Positions 17,416 to 25,820 of a stretch of 54,804 nucleotides of DNA are shown here, one piece after another. Position numbers and translations under genes: made by a program. Source of the DNA: a bacterium (GTDB taxonomy: Bacteria > Patescibacteriota > Minisyncoccia > UBA11713 > 2-01-FULL-45-33); NCBI GenBank assembly GCA_030648495.1, contig JAUSHV010000045.1, forward strand, positions 1 to 54,804, read 5' to 3'. The notes below the pieces were generated by a model. The model did not search any database. It had not been told where the DNA came from and saw only the letters and a list, made by a program, of their open reading frames with translations. Within the stretch, counting starts at the first letter, position 1, and the number at the start of each line of letters is the position of its first letter.

Positions 17416-18127
17416 TTTGGTGCATATGATGATAAAGTTTTCCTCCGCCTCCGTATAATTTTTCAAGCTCTGCCGAACTTAAAACTTCCGAAGGCGGGCC
17501 GAAACAAGTCTGTGCTTTGTTCAGGCACAGCACTTTGTTCGCGTATTTATAAATAACGGAAAGGTCGTGCGAAATAAGCATAAGCGTAAGACCGTGTTCG
17601 TCCTGAAGCTTGTGCAAAAGCTCATAAACCGTCTCCTGACCGGCTATGTCCACACTTGCGGTGGGCTCGTCGAACATCAAAAGATCCGGGTGCCCTACTA
17701 CCGCCCAGGCGATAAGCGACCTCTGCAATTCTCCCGAAGACAACTCACCTATTTTGGTATTTAAAAATTCTTTTCCCAATCCGACGGACTTTAGCGCTCC
17801 CGCGTATGAATGGTCACCGTCCCAATTTTTGGCCGCAACCGCGTGCGTTCTCAAAGACAAAAACTCCCCGACGGTAATCGGCAAGTCCCTTTCCAAGTCA
17901 ACTTTTTGAGGAACATAGCCTATCCTGATATTTTTATCTTTTATTATTTCCCCAGAATACGGCACTGCGCCCAAAATCGCCCGGAAAAGTGTGGTTTTGC
18001 CGGCGCCGTTGGGCCCGATAACCGCCAGAGAATCTCCTTTGTCCAAAGAAAAAGAAACTGCGTTTAAAATGTTGCCATTTTTCGGTCCGACTTTCAAATT
18101 TTTAATTTCTAAAATAGACACGGTCAA
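17405..18127 (-). CDS. Zn/Mn ABC transporter ATPase (ZnuC-like)
   Basis: GPNGAGKT, GYVPQ, LSSGE, FDEPT, SHDL, His-rich tail. Confidence 0.93.
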   Translation of the reverse strand: MTVSILEIKNLKVGPKNGNILNAVSFSLDKGDSLAVIGPNGAGKTTLFRAILGAVPYSGEIIKDKNIRIGYVPQKVDLERDLPITVGEFLSLRTHAVAAKNWDGDHSYAGALKSVGLGKEFLNTKIGELSSGELQRSLIAWAVVGHPDLLMFDEPTASVDIAGQETVYELLHKLQDEHGLTLMLISHDLSVIYKYANKVLCLNKAQTCFGPPSEVLSSAELEKLYGGGGKLYHHMHQNGN

Positions 18128-18621
18128 TGTTTCTTCATTAATAGCTCCCTGAGTTTGTTTATGTCGATATTTTTTTTCATTTCGATGAGCTCCGCGTCAT
18201 CCCGCGGATTTAGGCCGAGATGGTCGTGTATTTCATCAAGCATTTTCAATATTCTTGTAATTTCCTCTTCTGTCTCTATGGAAACAATCAGATCAAGCTC
18301 CATCCTCAACCTCGCCAATGTACTCTCCCTGTTTTGACTAATTAATACGACGGTGCTTAAAAAAATTGCCTCTAGAGAAACAATCATTGTAAGTAATCCG
18401 AAGGGAAACTGGTCAAATGGAACGATTCCGGACACCATACCGATATTAACTAAAATCCAAAAAGCAAAAAATAAAAAATTCCCAATAAGAAATAAAACTG
18501 TCCCGAAATAAGAAGTCAGTAAATCCGCTAATTTATCGGTTAGACTCTTCTTACCTTCAAGTTTCTTCAAAAGTATAAATGAAAGCTTCTCTTTTTGGAA
18601 CACCTCAATCTTAGAATGCAT
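18124..18621 (-). CDS. DUF1003-like membrane protein
   Basis: FDQFPFGLLTMIVSLEAIFLSTVVLISQNR. Confidence 0.85.
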   Translation of the reverse strand: MHSKIEVFQKEKLSFILLKKLEGKKSLTDKLADLLTSYFGTVLFLIGNFLFFAFWILVNIGMVSGIVPFDQFPFGLLTMIVSLEAIFLSTVVLISQNRESTLARLRMELDLIVSIETEEEITRILKMLDEIHDHLGLNPRDDAELIEMKKNIDINKLRELLMKKH

Positions 18622-18706
18622 AAGATTAATATACCTTATTTTGATAATTTTAGCATTTCTGCCTTGACTTGCGCTCGATTATAGTCTAAGCTGGCCTTAG
18701 AATAAA

Positions 18707-19177
18707 GTGCTTATTTTGAAAAGAAATCTGCTTTTAATTTTAAGCTATCTGCTCTTCGCCACAGGCTTGATTATACTAGGATATGCTTTGCACTTGTCTT
18801 TTTCCCCTCGGTACGAAATTAAGGTAGAAGCGATGCCTCTGCCAAAAGCGGTAAGCCGTTGGGATAAAGACATCATTTGCTCCCGCGTTGCGCCGACCCC
18901 TCTTTTTCTCAATTTTTACGGAAATACAAAAGAACAATGGATAGCAGTTCTCTTTGGGCGGGAAAGAGAAATAGCAAGAATATTTATATTCCCAAAAAGA
19001 CAGGACGGTCAAAACATAGTCCGCTACGCAAACACACAAAAAGGCCTCAAAGAACTTTCAAAACTTGATGAGGCGGAATTTGCGAATTACCAAAAAAATC
19101 TTGCTTTTGCCGGAGATGAAGAAAATTTTTTTACAGCTTGCCTGGAAAAAGCCTTCGCATACAAATTTGATATTTAA
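18707..19177 (+). CDS. Membrane-anchored/exported hypothetical protein, paralog of 19260-19700
   Basis: N-terminal TM; upstream TTGACT-17-TAAGCT; downstream hairpin. Confidence 0.7.
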   Translation: MLILKRNLLLILSYLLFATGLIILGYALHLSFSPRYEIKVEAMPLPKAVSRWDKDIICSRVAPTPLFLNFYGNTKEQWIAVLFGREREIARIFIFPKRQDGQNIVRYANTQKGLKELSKLDEAEFANYQKNLAFAGDEENFFTACLEKAFAYKFDI

Positions 19178-19204
19178 CTTAGGTTCCCGAGACCTAAGTT
19201 TTTT
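19176..19204 (+). terminator. Intrinsic terminator
   Basis: AACTTAGGT-TCCCGAG-ACCTAAGTT-TTTT. Confidence 0.7.
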
Positions 19205-19259
19205 ATTTGCCTTTTAAATATCAGTATGCTATCTTTTTCACAGATATAGTAAAAATTGA

Positions 19260-19700
19260 ATGATTAAATCAGCTTTGCTTTCAATTCTAACCATTTTGCT
19301 CTTTGCAACCCAAGCTTTTTCAAAACCGTATTCATCAATGCTTCCGAAAGATTTCGAAACCGCCCCAAAAAAACTAACCTGCGAGCGAGACCAGCCAACG
19401 TCTATTTATATGAAATTATATACGCATGAAAAAGAAAAATGGACAGCGGAGCTCTACGGCAAAAACAAAAAAGATCAGATTTTACTTTTTGGGAAATTAG
19501 AAAGAGATGAAAAAACTAACACCGACGGCAAATTATTTATATTTTTTATGACGCCAAGCGGATGGAAGGAAGCAAATGAATTGTCAAACGAATTAAGTGA
19601 CGAAGAAAATATCAAGTTTATTAAAACTATTCCTGAATATACCAAAGAAGAAGAAATCTTTTTTGATGAATGTGCTAAACAAGGAAAATGGGCGGATTAA
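19260..19700 (+). CDS. Secreted hypothetical protein, paralog of 18707-19177
   Basis: Signal peptide (…ATQAFS); shared Cys pattern. Confidence 0.72.
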   Translation: MIKSALLSILTILLFATQAFSKPYSSMLPKDFETAPKKLTCERDQPTSIYMKLYTHEKEKWTAELYGKNKKDQILLFGKLERDEKTNTDGKLFIFFMTPSGWKEANELSNELSDEENIKFIKTIPEYTKEEEIFFDECAKQGKWAD

Positions 19701-19728
19701 CTCCCGCTTTTTTTTATTTTCTGCCACT

Positions 19729-19749
19729 CTTGCCACTCCGGGAGTGGCA
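19729..19749. repeat. REP-like palindrome, left flank of RAYT
   Basis: CTTGCCACTCCGGGAGTGGCA, identical to 20468-20488. Confidence 0.9.
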
Positions 19750-19765
19750 GTGCTACGCTGGGCCA

Positions 19766-20449
19766 ATGAGAAAAGATCCATTAATTACTGGTGAGATATA
19801 TCATATATGTAACAGGAGCACCGAAGGAATCCCAATTTTTTCAGAAAAAGCTGATGCAAAAAGATTTTTATCGGCACTAGCCCAATCCAATACGACAGGC
19901 TTAAGCTTGCGCGGCGCTCGACGAATGCCAAATAAAATATTCGGCGATGGCTCATCTCTTGTGGAAATATATGCCATAACCTTAATGCCAAATCACTTTC
20001 ATATTTGTGTAAAACAGTTAGAGAATAACGGCATAACGCTTTGGATGCATAGAACTTGCAATAGTTTTGCCAAATATTTCAATATTATCAATGAGCGGAA
20101 GGGGTCTCTTTTTATGGGAAGGTTTAAAGCTGTGCCGATAACCGAAAACCGACAACTTTTCCACGTTCTTGTTTATATTAATGCGAATCCGCTAGATCTT
20201 TATGCGCCGGGATGGAGAAAGGGCAAAATAAATAATTGGAATGCCGCCAAATCATTCTTAAATAATTATTCGTTTTCAAGTTTCGGCCTAGTAGCCGGCA
20301 GTACAGTTTTAGATGAAAATATTAAAAAATTGATTTTTAATAATGATTTTATAAAATCATTTACAAAAGAATATGGTGGTATAGAAAATGGAGTTAGAGA
20401 CTGGAGTAGTCGTATAACAGATGAGTATTCCAATATATTTTTAGAATAG
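19766..20449 (+). mobile_element. REP-associated tyrosine transposase (RAYT / IS200-like Y1 HUH nuclease); start MRKDP
   Basis: IYHICNRS, LMPNHFH (HUH), KYFN...RKGSLFMGRFKA, YINANP (catalytic Tyr); flanked by identical palindromes. Confidence 0.92.
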
Positions 20450-20467
20450 CCGTTTTATCGCTATCCC

Positions 20468-20488
20468 CTTGCCACTCCGGGAGTGGCA
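20468..20488. repeat. REP-like palindrome, right flank of RAYT
   Basis: CTTGCCACTCCGGGAGTGGCA. Confidence 0.9.
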
Positions 20489-20494
20489 AAATCT

Positions 20495-22219
20495 CTATTT
20501 CAGCATTTTGAGCATCTTATCAACCGGCCAAGCGTTGATGATATTTTTCTTCTCTGCCCAGCCACGGCGGGCTTGGGCGATGCCGAATTCTAGAAATTTA
20601 TAATGGGCCTTGGAATGGGCGTCCGAATCTATGGACATTTTAACGCCTGCCAGAACGCATTTTTTTATATATTCGTCTTTAATATCGGAACGGTCCGGAA
20701 ATGCGTCAATTTCCAAAACGGTTTTCGTTCTTTTGGCCGTTTTTATAATTTCATCTATATCCAATTCAATTGGGCCACGCTTATCAATAACCCGCGCGGT
20801 AAGATGAAAAATAATATCGATGTTCCGGTTCTCCATCGCACGAATAACCCTCTTGGTTTGCTCTTCGCGCGTTAAATTAAAATGGCTGTGTACCGCTGCC
20901 CCCACAACATCCAGCTTTGTCAGGGTTTTGTCATCAATATCCAATGAACCGTCTTTCATAATATTTACCTCCGCGCCTTTTAATACTCTAAACCCTTTGC
21001 CCCTTGCTCTGAATGCTTTATTTATTTTATCAATCGCCGCCATTTGCCTCAAAAGTTTTTTTTCATCGGACCCGCCGGTCATGGCAAGCGCCTTTGTATG
21101 GTCGGTAATTGCTATATATTCCAATCCCGTTTTTTCCGCAGCTTCGGTCATCACTTCAATAGAATCTTCGCCGTCGGTCCAGTCCGTCTGCACCTGAAGA
21201 TCGCCTTTCAAATCATTATAATTAATAAGCTTAGGTAGCGTTGCCGATCTCGAAGCCTCGATCTCTCCCGTATTTTCACGTAACTCCGGCTCTATATATA
21301 GAAGCCCTAATTTTTTATATAGTTCTTCTTCGCTCTTGCCGGCAATTTGCTTCTTGCCTTTCCATAATCCGTACTCATTCAGCTTCCAGCCTTTTCTTTG
21401 CGCGAGATCCCTAAGTTTTATGTTGTGGTCTTTGGAGCCGGTAAAATAATTGAGCGCAGCGCCATATGACCCTGCCGGCACGACCCTCAAATCCGCGTCC
21501 AGTCCATTTTTTAATTTAACCATTGTTTTTGTTTTGCCTTTTGAAAAAACATGCTCAATGAATGGCAAGCCGACGAACCGGTCCATCACGCGCTCCGGTT
21601 TTGTAGAAATAGCCAAAAAATCTATATCGCCTATCGTCTCTTTCCTACGCCGCGTTGATCCGGCTACGATTGCGCGTTCGACTTCCGGAAAAGACCGGAT
21701 CATCTTCTCGATATTTTTAATCTCCGGGAAAATATGTCCCAAAATGCGCCTTCCGCCGGATTTTTTTAAAAATTCAATGCCTTTTAAAATTTTTCCTTCG
21801 GATTTTTGGCCGAAATGTTCAAGCTTTCTTATTTTTCCTGCATTCGCCGCCTTTTCCAAATCAGAAATATTCTTAATTTTTAACTTTTGATAAAAAGTTT
21901 TTATCATTTTTGGGCCAACACCCTCAATCGCAGATAATTCGGAAATATTCACAGGAATTTTTTTCTTCAGTCTCTCATGTTCCGCAAAACTGCCTTTTTT
22001 GAGCAGGCTCTCGATATGAAAAGCTATTCCGTCACCAATTCCGGGAATTTTTTTCAACGCGTCTTTGCCGCCTTTATCATACAAATCTTTCATTTCTTCG
22101 CCGGACGCCTCAACTTCAATGGCGGCTTTTTCATAAGCGCGGGGTTTGAAAAGCACTCCCTCCATCTCATAAAGCATAGCCATCTCACGCAAATTTTTGA
22201 CTATTTCCTGATTGGTCAT
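20495..22219 (-). CDS. polX: DNA polymerase X with PHP domain (start MTNQEI)
   Basis: FKPRAY, IPGIG, GSTRRRKETIGDIDFL, YFTGSKDHN, LNEYGL; PHP ITDH, AVHSH, DSDAH, ARRGW. Confidence 0.95.
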   Translation of the reverse strand: MTNQEIVKNLREMAMLYEMEGVLFKPRAYEKAAIEVEASGEEMKDLYDKGGKDALKKIPGIGDGIAFHIESLLKKGSFAEHERLKKKIPVNISELSAIEGVGPKMIKTFYQKLKIKNISDLEKAANAGKIRKLEHFGQKSEGKILKGIEFLKKSGGRRILGHIFPEIKNIEKMIRSFPEVERAIVAGSTRRRKETIGDIDFLAISTKPERVMDRFVGLPFIEHVFSKGKTKTMVKLKNGLDADLRVVPAGSYGAALNYFTGSKDHNIKLRDLAQRKGWKLNEYGLWKGKKQIAGKSEEELYKKLGLLYIEPELRENTGEIEASRSATLPKLINYNDLKGDLQVQTDWTDGEDSIEVMTEAAEKTGLEYIAITDHTKALAMTGGSDEKKLLRQMAAIDKINKAFRARGKGFRVLKGAEVNIMKDGSLDIDDKTLTKLDVVGAAVHSHFNLTREEQTKRVIRAMENRNIDIIFHLTARVIDKRGPIELDIDEIIKTAKRTKTVLEIDAFPDRSDIKDEYIKKCVLAGVKMSIDSDAHSKAHYKFLEFGIAQARRGWAEKKNIINAWPVDKMLKMLK

Positions 22220-22248
22220 TTGCTCATATTTTAACATATTGGTAAAAT
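22220..22248 (+). promoter_or_regulatory. Sigma70-type promoter driving the candidate large RNA
   Basis: TTGCTC-17 nt-TAAAAT with extended TG; predicted +1 at about G22255. Confidence 0.7.
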
Positions 22249-22254
22249 ACACAT

Positions 22255-22690
22255 GGGAGTGTATGCAAAAATGAATCGGGCTAACAATCAGCGCTGGAAA
22301 CTTGGCGTCAGCCTGTTTCGACACAAAAGATTGCGAAAAGCCCGTGAGCATGGGGGAATGCGCCGCTTATACTTAAGGTTTACCTTTTGTTTAATGCGTT
22401 CTACCGCCGACAAGCCAATAATATGGCTTGTGTCCATGGCAAAAGCCGATAGCTGACCTTGCGCAGGCCAATAAACCGGTATCGGCCGAGTAGTGAAGCC
22501 CCCCTCCCACCCTTTTATCCACAGCCCTCCATTGCGCGGGCTGTTTCTTTTTGAGATACTGAAGTTAGAAAATGTTTGGCGATTTTCAGGAAACTGGATA
22601 GCCTGGCACAGGTAAAAGTGTGCACCCCATCGAATGTAAGTCCTTTTAGGCAACATCGACAGCGGTTTTACCGCACTGTGCACACTCTTA
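22255..22690 (+). ncRNA. Candidate large structured non-coding RNA, family not recognised
   Basis: Dedicated promoter, about 10 nested helices, UUCG and GAAA tetraloops, complementary 5'/3' ends, no credible ORF. Confidence 0.65.
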
Positions 22691-22751
22691 CTCGTACCAC
22701 AATCATTGGTTCTTTCTAAAATTTTTTTCTCTCAATGGGGCTTGCCCCAAC

Positions 22752-22790
22752 ACACCCAGGACATCGTGCCTCGGGTGTTCTTTTATTTGT
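22752..22790 (+). terminator. Terminator-like hairpin downstream of the candidate RNA
   Basis: ACACCCAGG...CCTCGGGTGT-TCTTTTATTT. Confidence 0.5.
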
Positions 22791-22797
22791 ATTTAAT

Positions 22798-23436
22798 TTA
22801 TTGCGGCAAAGTATAAACCGGGGGAAGGGATTTTGCCCCGCCTTTATCTATGTACGGATAAAGTAGGAATAATATAAATACAGCAAACAAGTTTATAATT
22901 CCTGAAAACAGAAATAGAGATCTAAACCCGAAAAAGTCTGCTGCAATTCCTCCTATCGCTCCGCCAAGCGCAAGCGAGATCGTCTGTGTTCCTACGGAGA
23001 AAAGGCTCCACTCAAAACCTTCAGACCCCTTATCTACGTGCCGGGCAAAAATTGCATAATATGCCGACATTAAAGCCGCGTCACCTAGACCAACCATGGC
23101 TTCCACTAAATACAAATGCCATACTTTCGCAACCAAAAGTAAGGCGAACGGATAAACAACAGCGATCACCGCGCCGATTATCAAAACAATGAAATCGTCT
23201 TTCTCGCCCTTATTTCTATCCAAATACCGCGCCAACGGAACTTGAATAATAGATTTAGCGACCGCGTAAAATGCCAAGGCAAAACCTACAGTCGATAGCG
23301 ACGCGCCTTGCACAAAATCTTTTATAAAAATAGCAAAAATCGGTATAAATAATCCTGTAGACGCTATCACGAAAAAGAGATAGAAAAGCAATATCTGAAC
23401 AGCGCGGTTTATGGTTAAATTTATCCTTATATGCAT
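22798..23436 (-). CDS. Half-size MFS transporter
   Basis: Six TMs; PLARYLDRNKG motif-A-like. Confidence 0.8.
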   Translation of the reverse strand: MHIRINLTINRAVQILLFYLFFVIASTGLFIPIFAIFIKDFVQGASLSTVGFALAFYAVAKSIIQVPLARYLDRNKGEKDDFIVLIIGAVIAVVYPFALLLVAKVWHLYLVEAMVGLGDAALMSAYYAIFARHVDKGSEGFEWSLFSVGTQTISLALGGAIGGIAADFFGFRSLFLFSGIINLFAVFILFLLYPYIDKGGAKSLPPVYTLPQ

Positions 23437-23438
23437 GT

Positions 23439-24614
23439 TTAAATATCTTTTGCTATCTTAATGTCTCTGATCTTATACATTTTTTTCACGGCCATGCTTT
23501 GCATCGCGCGGTTTGTGATATAACCGATTAACGCCAGTACTATGAAATAAATAGCACCTGCCAAATTTAGCTTTGGAGGTTGTTGGGTAAAAAGATTGAT
23601 TAGCGTAGCCCCTACTCCCATTGAAGTAATAACTGCAAGATTTTTTACGGAGCTTTCGGTACTTTTCGCCTGAAGCCCGGAAAACAAATCCAGAGCGGAA
23701 TTTACATAATTTTTCGTCATCCCCCAAATATCTTTTATGTATCCTAACGTATCTATCAGGGTTTCATATTTAAATTCCAGAATGTCCATAAATTTTTTAA
23801 GCTCATCGTTCCTTTTTGCGATTGCTTCGCGCGTGCGGATATACGCGCCCATTTGGTTTATCCGCGACTCAATAAGATTAATGGTTTTCGCAAAACTTTC
23901 CACCTTATCTTTAAAGGCGGGTATGTCTTTGCCTTTAATTTCGCCGCGTTCTTTTACGTCCGCGATATGCTCCCAAATTGTCCTATGCAAATTGAGATAC
24001 CTGTGGAGCTGGCCCTTAAATTCGCGCATAAAAATCTGCTCGTTTATAAAATTTTCAATATTGCCGATCTTTTCTTTTAAATTATTTATTATATAAAGTT
24101 TGTTTCCCCGATAGATTTCGAACTCCGGTTTCATTATCTCAAAATATTTATCTTGATCGAAATGCGCCAATAGGCCTTCTATTTCATTTCTCTTCGCGTT
24201 GTCTAAAACAATAAAGTACGGATATATGGTTTTGATATTGGCCAGCTCTTTTGGTATCGGCGCGCCGAGGCTGAAAATGTAGCTTATGGCGGGCGAGAGC
24301 TTTGTTTCGTAATAGGAAGTCAGTTCCCCGATAATCTCTTTAATATCCCCCTCCGGCTTGGGATTGCTTAATACGATCAGGCCGTCCTCATATATCTTTA
24401 TCTCTATTCTGGACTTGGACCGGAACAGTATATAGTCCAGACTTTCTATTTTCATCTCTATTGAGTCTATTCCGAGCGCTCCCCGCAAATCCTTGAGCTT
24501 CGCCGCGTCCAACGCCAATTCCGACTTTCCTTCTTTCAAAAAATCATAAATCTCGGACAAATGCAGAGTTGTCCTCTGAAACCACCCCCCTATGTATATT
24601 TTTTGGATATTCAT
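23439..24614 (-). CDS. Hypothetical protein with a soluble helical domain and two C-terminal TMs (CorA-like architecture, no GMN)
   Basis: 391-aa ORF coupled to both neighbours. Confidence 0.75.
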   Translation of the reverse strand: MNIQKIYIGGWFQRTTLHLSEIYDFLKEGKSELALDAAKLKDLRGALGIDSIEMKIESLDYILFRSKSRIEIKIYEDGLIVLSNPKPEGDIKEIIGELTSYYETKLSPAISYIFSLGAPIPKELANIKTIYPYFIVLDNAKRNEIEGLLAHFDQDKYFEIMKPEFEIYRGNKLYIINNLKEKIGNIENFINEQIFMREFKGQLHRYLNLHRTIWEHIADVKERGEIKGKDIPAFKDKVESFAKTINLIESRINQMGAYIRTREAIAKRNDELKKFMDILEFKYETLIDTLGYIKDIWGMTKNYVNSALDLFSGLQAKSTESSVKNLAVITSMGVGATLINLFTQQPPKLNLAGAIYFIVLALIGYITNRAMQSMAVKKMYKIRDIKIAKDI

Positions 24615-25204
24615 TATCCTTTTATCTTAACAGCTTTTGCTTGTTTTAATAACTTGGGAAGTTTCCTAAAATCCGCTTCCAAATCTTTCAGAACCGTCGT
24701 TGAGCGAAGCGCGGCGGCGGGGTGGTAGAGAGGCATTACAATAAATCTTTGCCCCTCCTTCGTTAAAACTTCGGAGAGCACGCCATGATTCTCCGAAATT
24801 TTTGCGCTTGGAAGAAAATAATTCATGGCAAATCTTCCGAGCGGGACAATTATTTTAGGATTGATGATTTTAATTTGTTTTTGCAAGTAAGACGAATATG
24901 CGGCAATCTCTTTGGGCAACGGGTCGCGGTTTTTCGGCGGACGGCGCTTTACAATATTTGTAATATAAACCGATTCGCGCGGCCATTTTATCTCCATCAA
25001 AAGCCTATCTAAAAGCTGTCCTGCTCTGCCCACAAAAGGCCTTCCCGATTTATCTTCATGGAATCCCGGCGCCTCGCCGACGAACATTACCTCCGCGTTC
25101 TCATCCCCTTCACCGAAAACAAGATTCGCTCCGCCAAAAAACGGCAGGGACGCATTCTCAGCCATTTTAAGTTTGAGAGCTTCTAATTTTTTCCACTTAT
25201 CCAT
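24614..25204 (-). CDS. Uracil-DNA glycosylase, family 4
   Basis: VFGEG, VGEAPG, GRPFVGRAG, YITNIVK, LYHPAAAL. Confidence 0.93.
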   Translation of the reverse strand: MDKWKKLEALKLKMAENASLPFFGGANLVFGEGDENAEVMFVGEAPGFHEDKSGRPFVGRAGQLLDRLLMEIKWPRESVYITNIVKRRPPKNRDPLPKEIAAYSSYLQKQIKIINPKIIVPLGRFAMNYFLPSAKISENHGVLSEVLTKEGQRFIVMPLYHPAAALRSTTVLKDLEADFRKLPKLLKQAKAVKIKG

Positions 25205-25207
25205 GGT

Positions 25208-25819
25208 TTATTTTTTGCCCGCATATTCACGCCTGTTTTTGAACACATGGTAAATACCCGGCAGAAACGAAACGAATATTATCGTTAAAATTATCGGGAG
25301 CAAATATTTGTCTATGTTTGGAACTACGCTACCCAAGAGATACCCAAGCAAGGTCATACCGAGCGACCAAAGCGCCCCGCCCAAAATGTTATAAAAAAAG
25401 AATGTTTTGTATTCCATTTTCCCTACTCCGGCAAGAATCGGCGCGAATGTCCTGATAACGGGCAAAAAACGTGCAAGGACGATTGTCATAGGCCCCTTTT
25501 TTTCATAAAAATTTCTGGCCCGCTCCAGATGGTCTTTATGAAAAAGCAGAGAATCTTCTTTTTTAAAGAGCGCAGGGCCCACCTTCGCGCCGAACGCGTA
25601 ACCGAAATTGTCCCCCAAAACCGCACCTACAAACATCAACGGAGCCAACATCCAGATATTAAGATACCCCTGTGATGCCAGAAATCCCGCCGTAAAAAGC
25701 AATGAATCGCCGGGAAGAAAGAAACCGATGAATAAACCGGACTCAGCAAAAATAATAAAAAAAAGCCCCAGATAACCGGCAGTTTTGATAAGATTTTCCA
25801 AATCTATCCCAAAAAACAT
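25208..25819 (-). CDS. dedA: DedA family membrane protein
   Basis: FAESGLFIGFFLPGDSLLF, ARFLPVIRTFAP. Confidence 0.93.
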   Translation of the reverse strand: MFFGIDLENLIKTAGYLGLFFIIFAESGLFIGFFLPGDSLLFTAGFLASQGYLNIWMLAPLMFVGAVLGDNFGYAFGAKVGPALFKKEDSLLFHKDHLERARNFYEKKGPMTIVLARFLPVIRTFAPILAGVGKMEYKTFFFYNILGGALWSLGMTLLGYLLGSVVPNIDKYLLPIILTIIFVSFLPGIYHVFKNRREYAGKK

Positions 25820-25820
25820 A

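Noticed and set aside
16648..18127. ABC metal transporter lacking a binding-protein gene
   Set aside because: The binding protein is often encoded elsewhere; this cannot be judged from the window.
19688..19765. Longer N-terminus for the RAYT
   Set aside because: It crosses a terminator and the REP hairpin; ATG 19766 fits the family N-terminus and the promoter spacing.
22220..22351. 44-aa N-terminal extension of PolX
   Set aside because: PolX homology starts at MTNQEI, and the extension overlaps promoter signals and the candidate RNA.
22294..22372. RNase P P4-like pairing (GGAAACTTGGCG with CGCCGCTTA)
   Set aside because: The match is imperfect and the two strands are too close for an RNase P catalytic domain; an Infernal search is needed to exclude it firmly.
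22253..22683. ORFs 22253-22456 (+) and 22288-22683 (-)
   Set aside because: No recognisable motifs or SD; dense base pairing and a promoter explain the region better. Not formally excluded.
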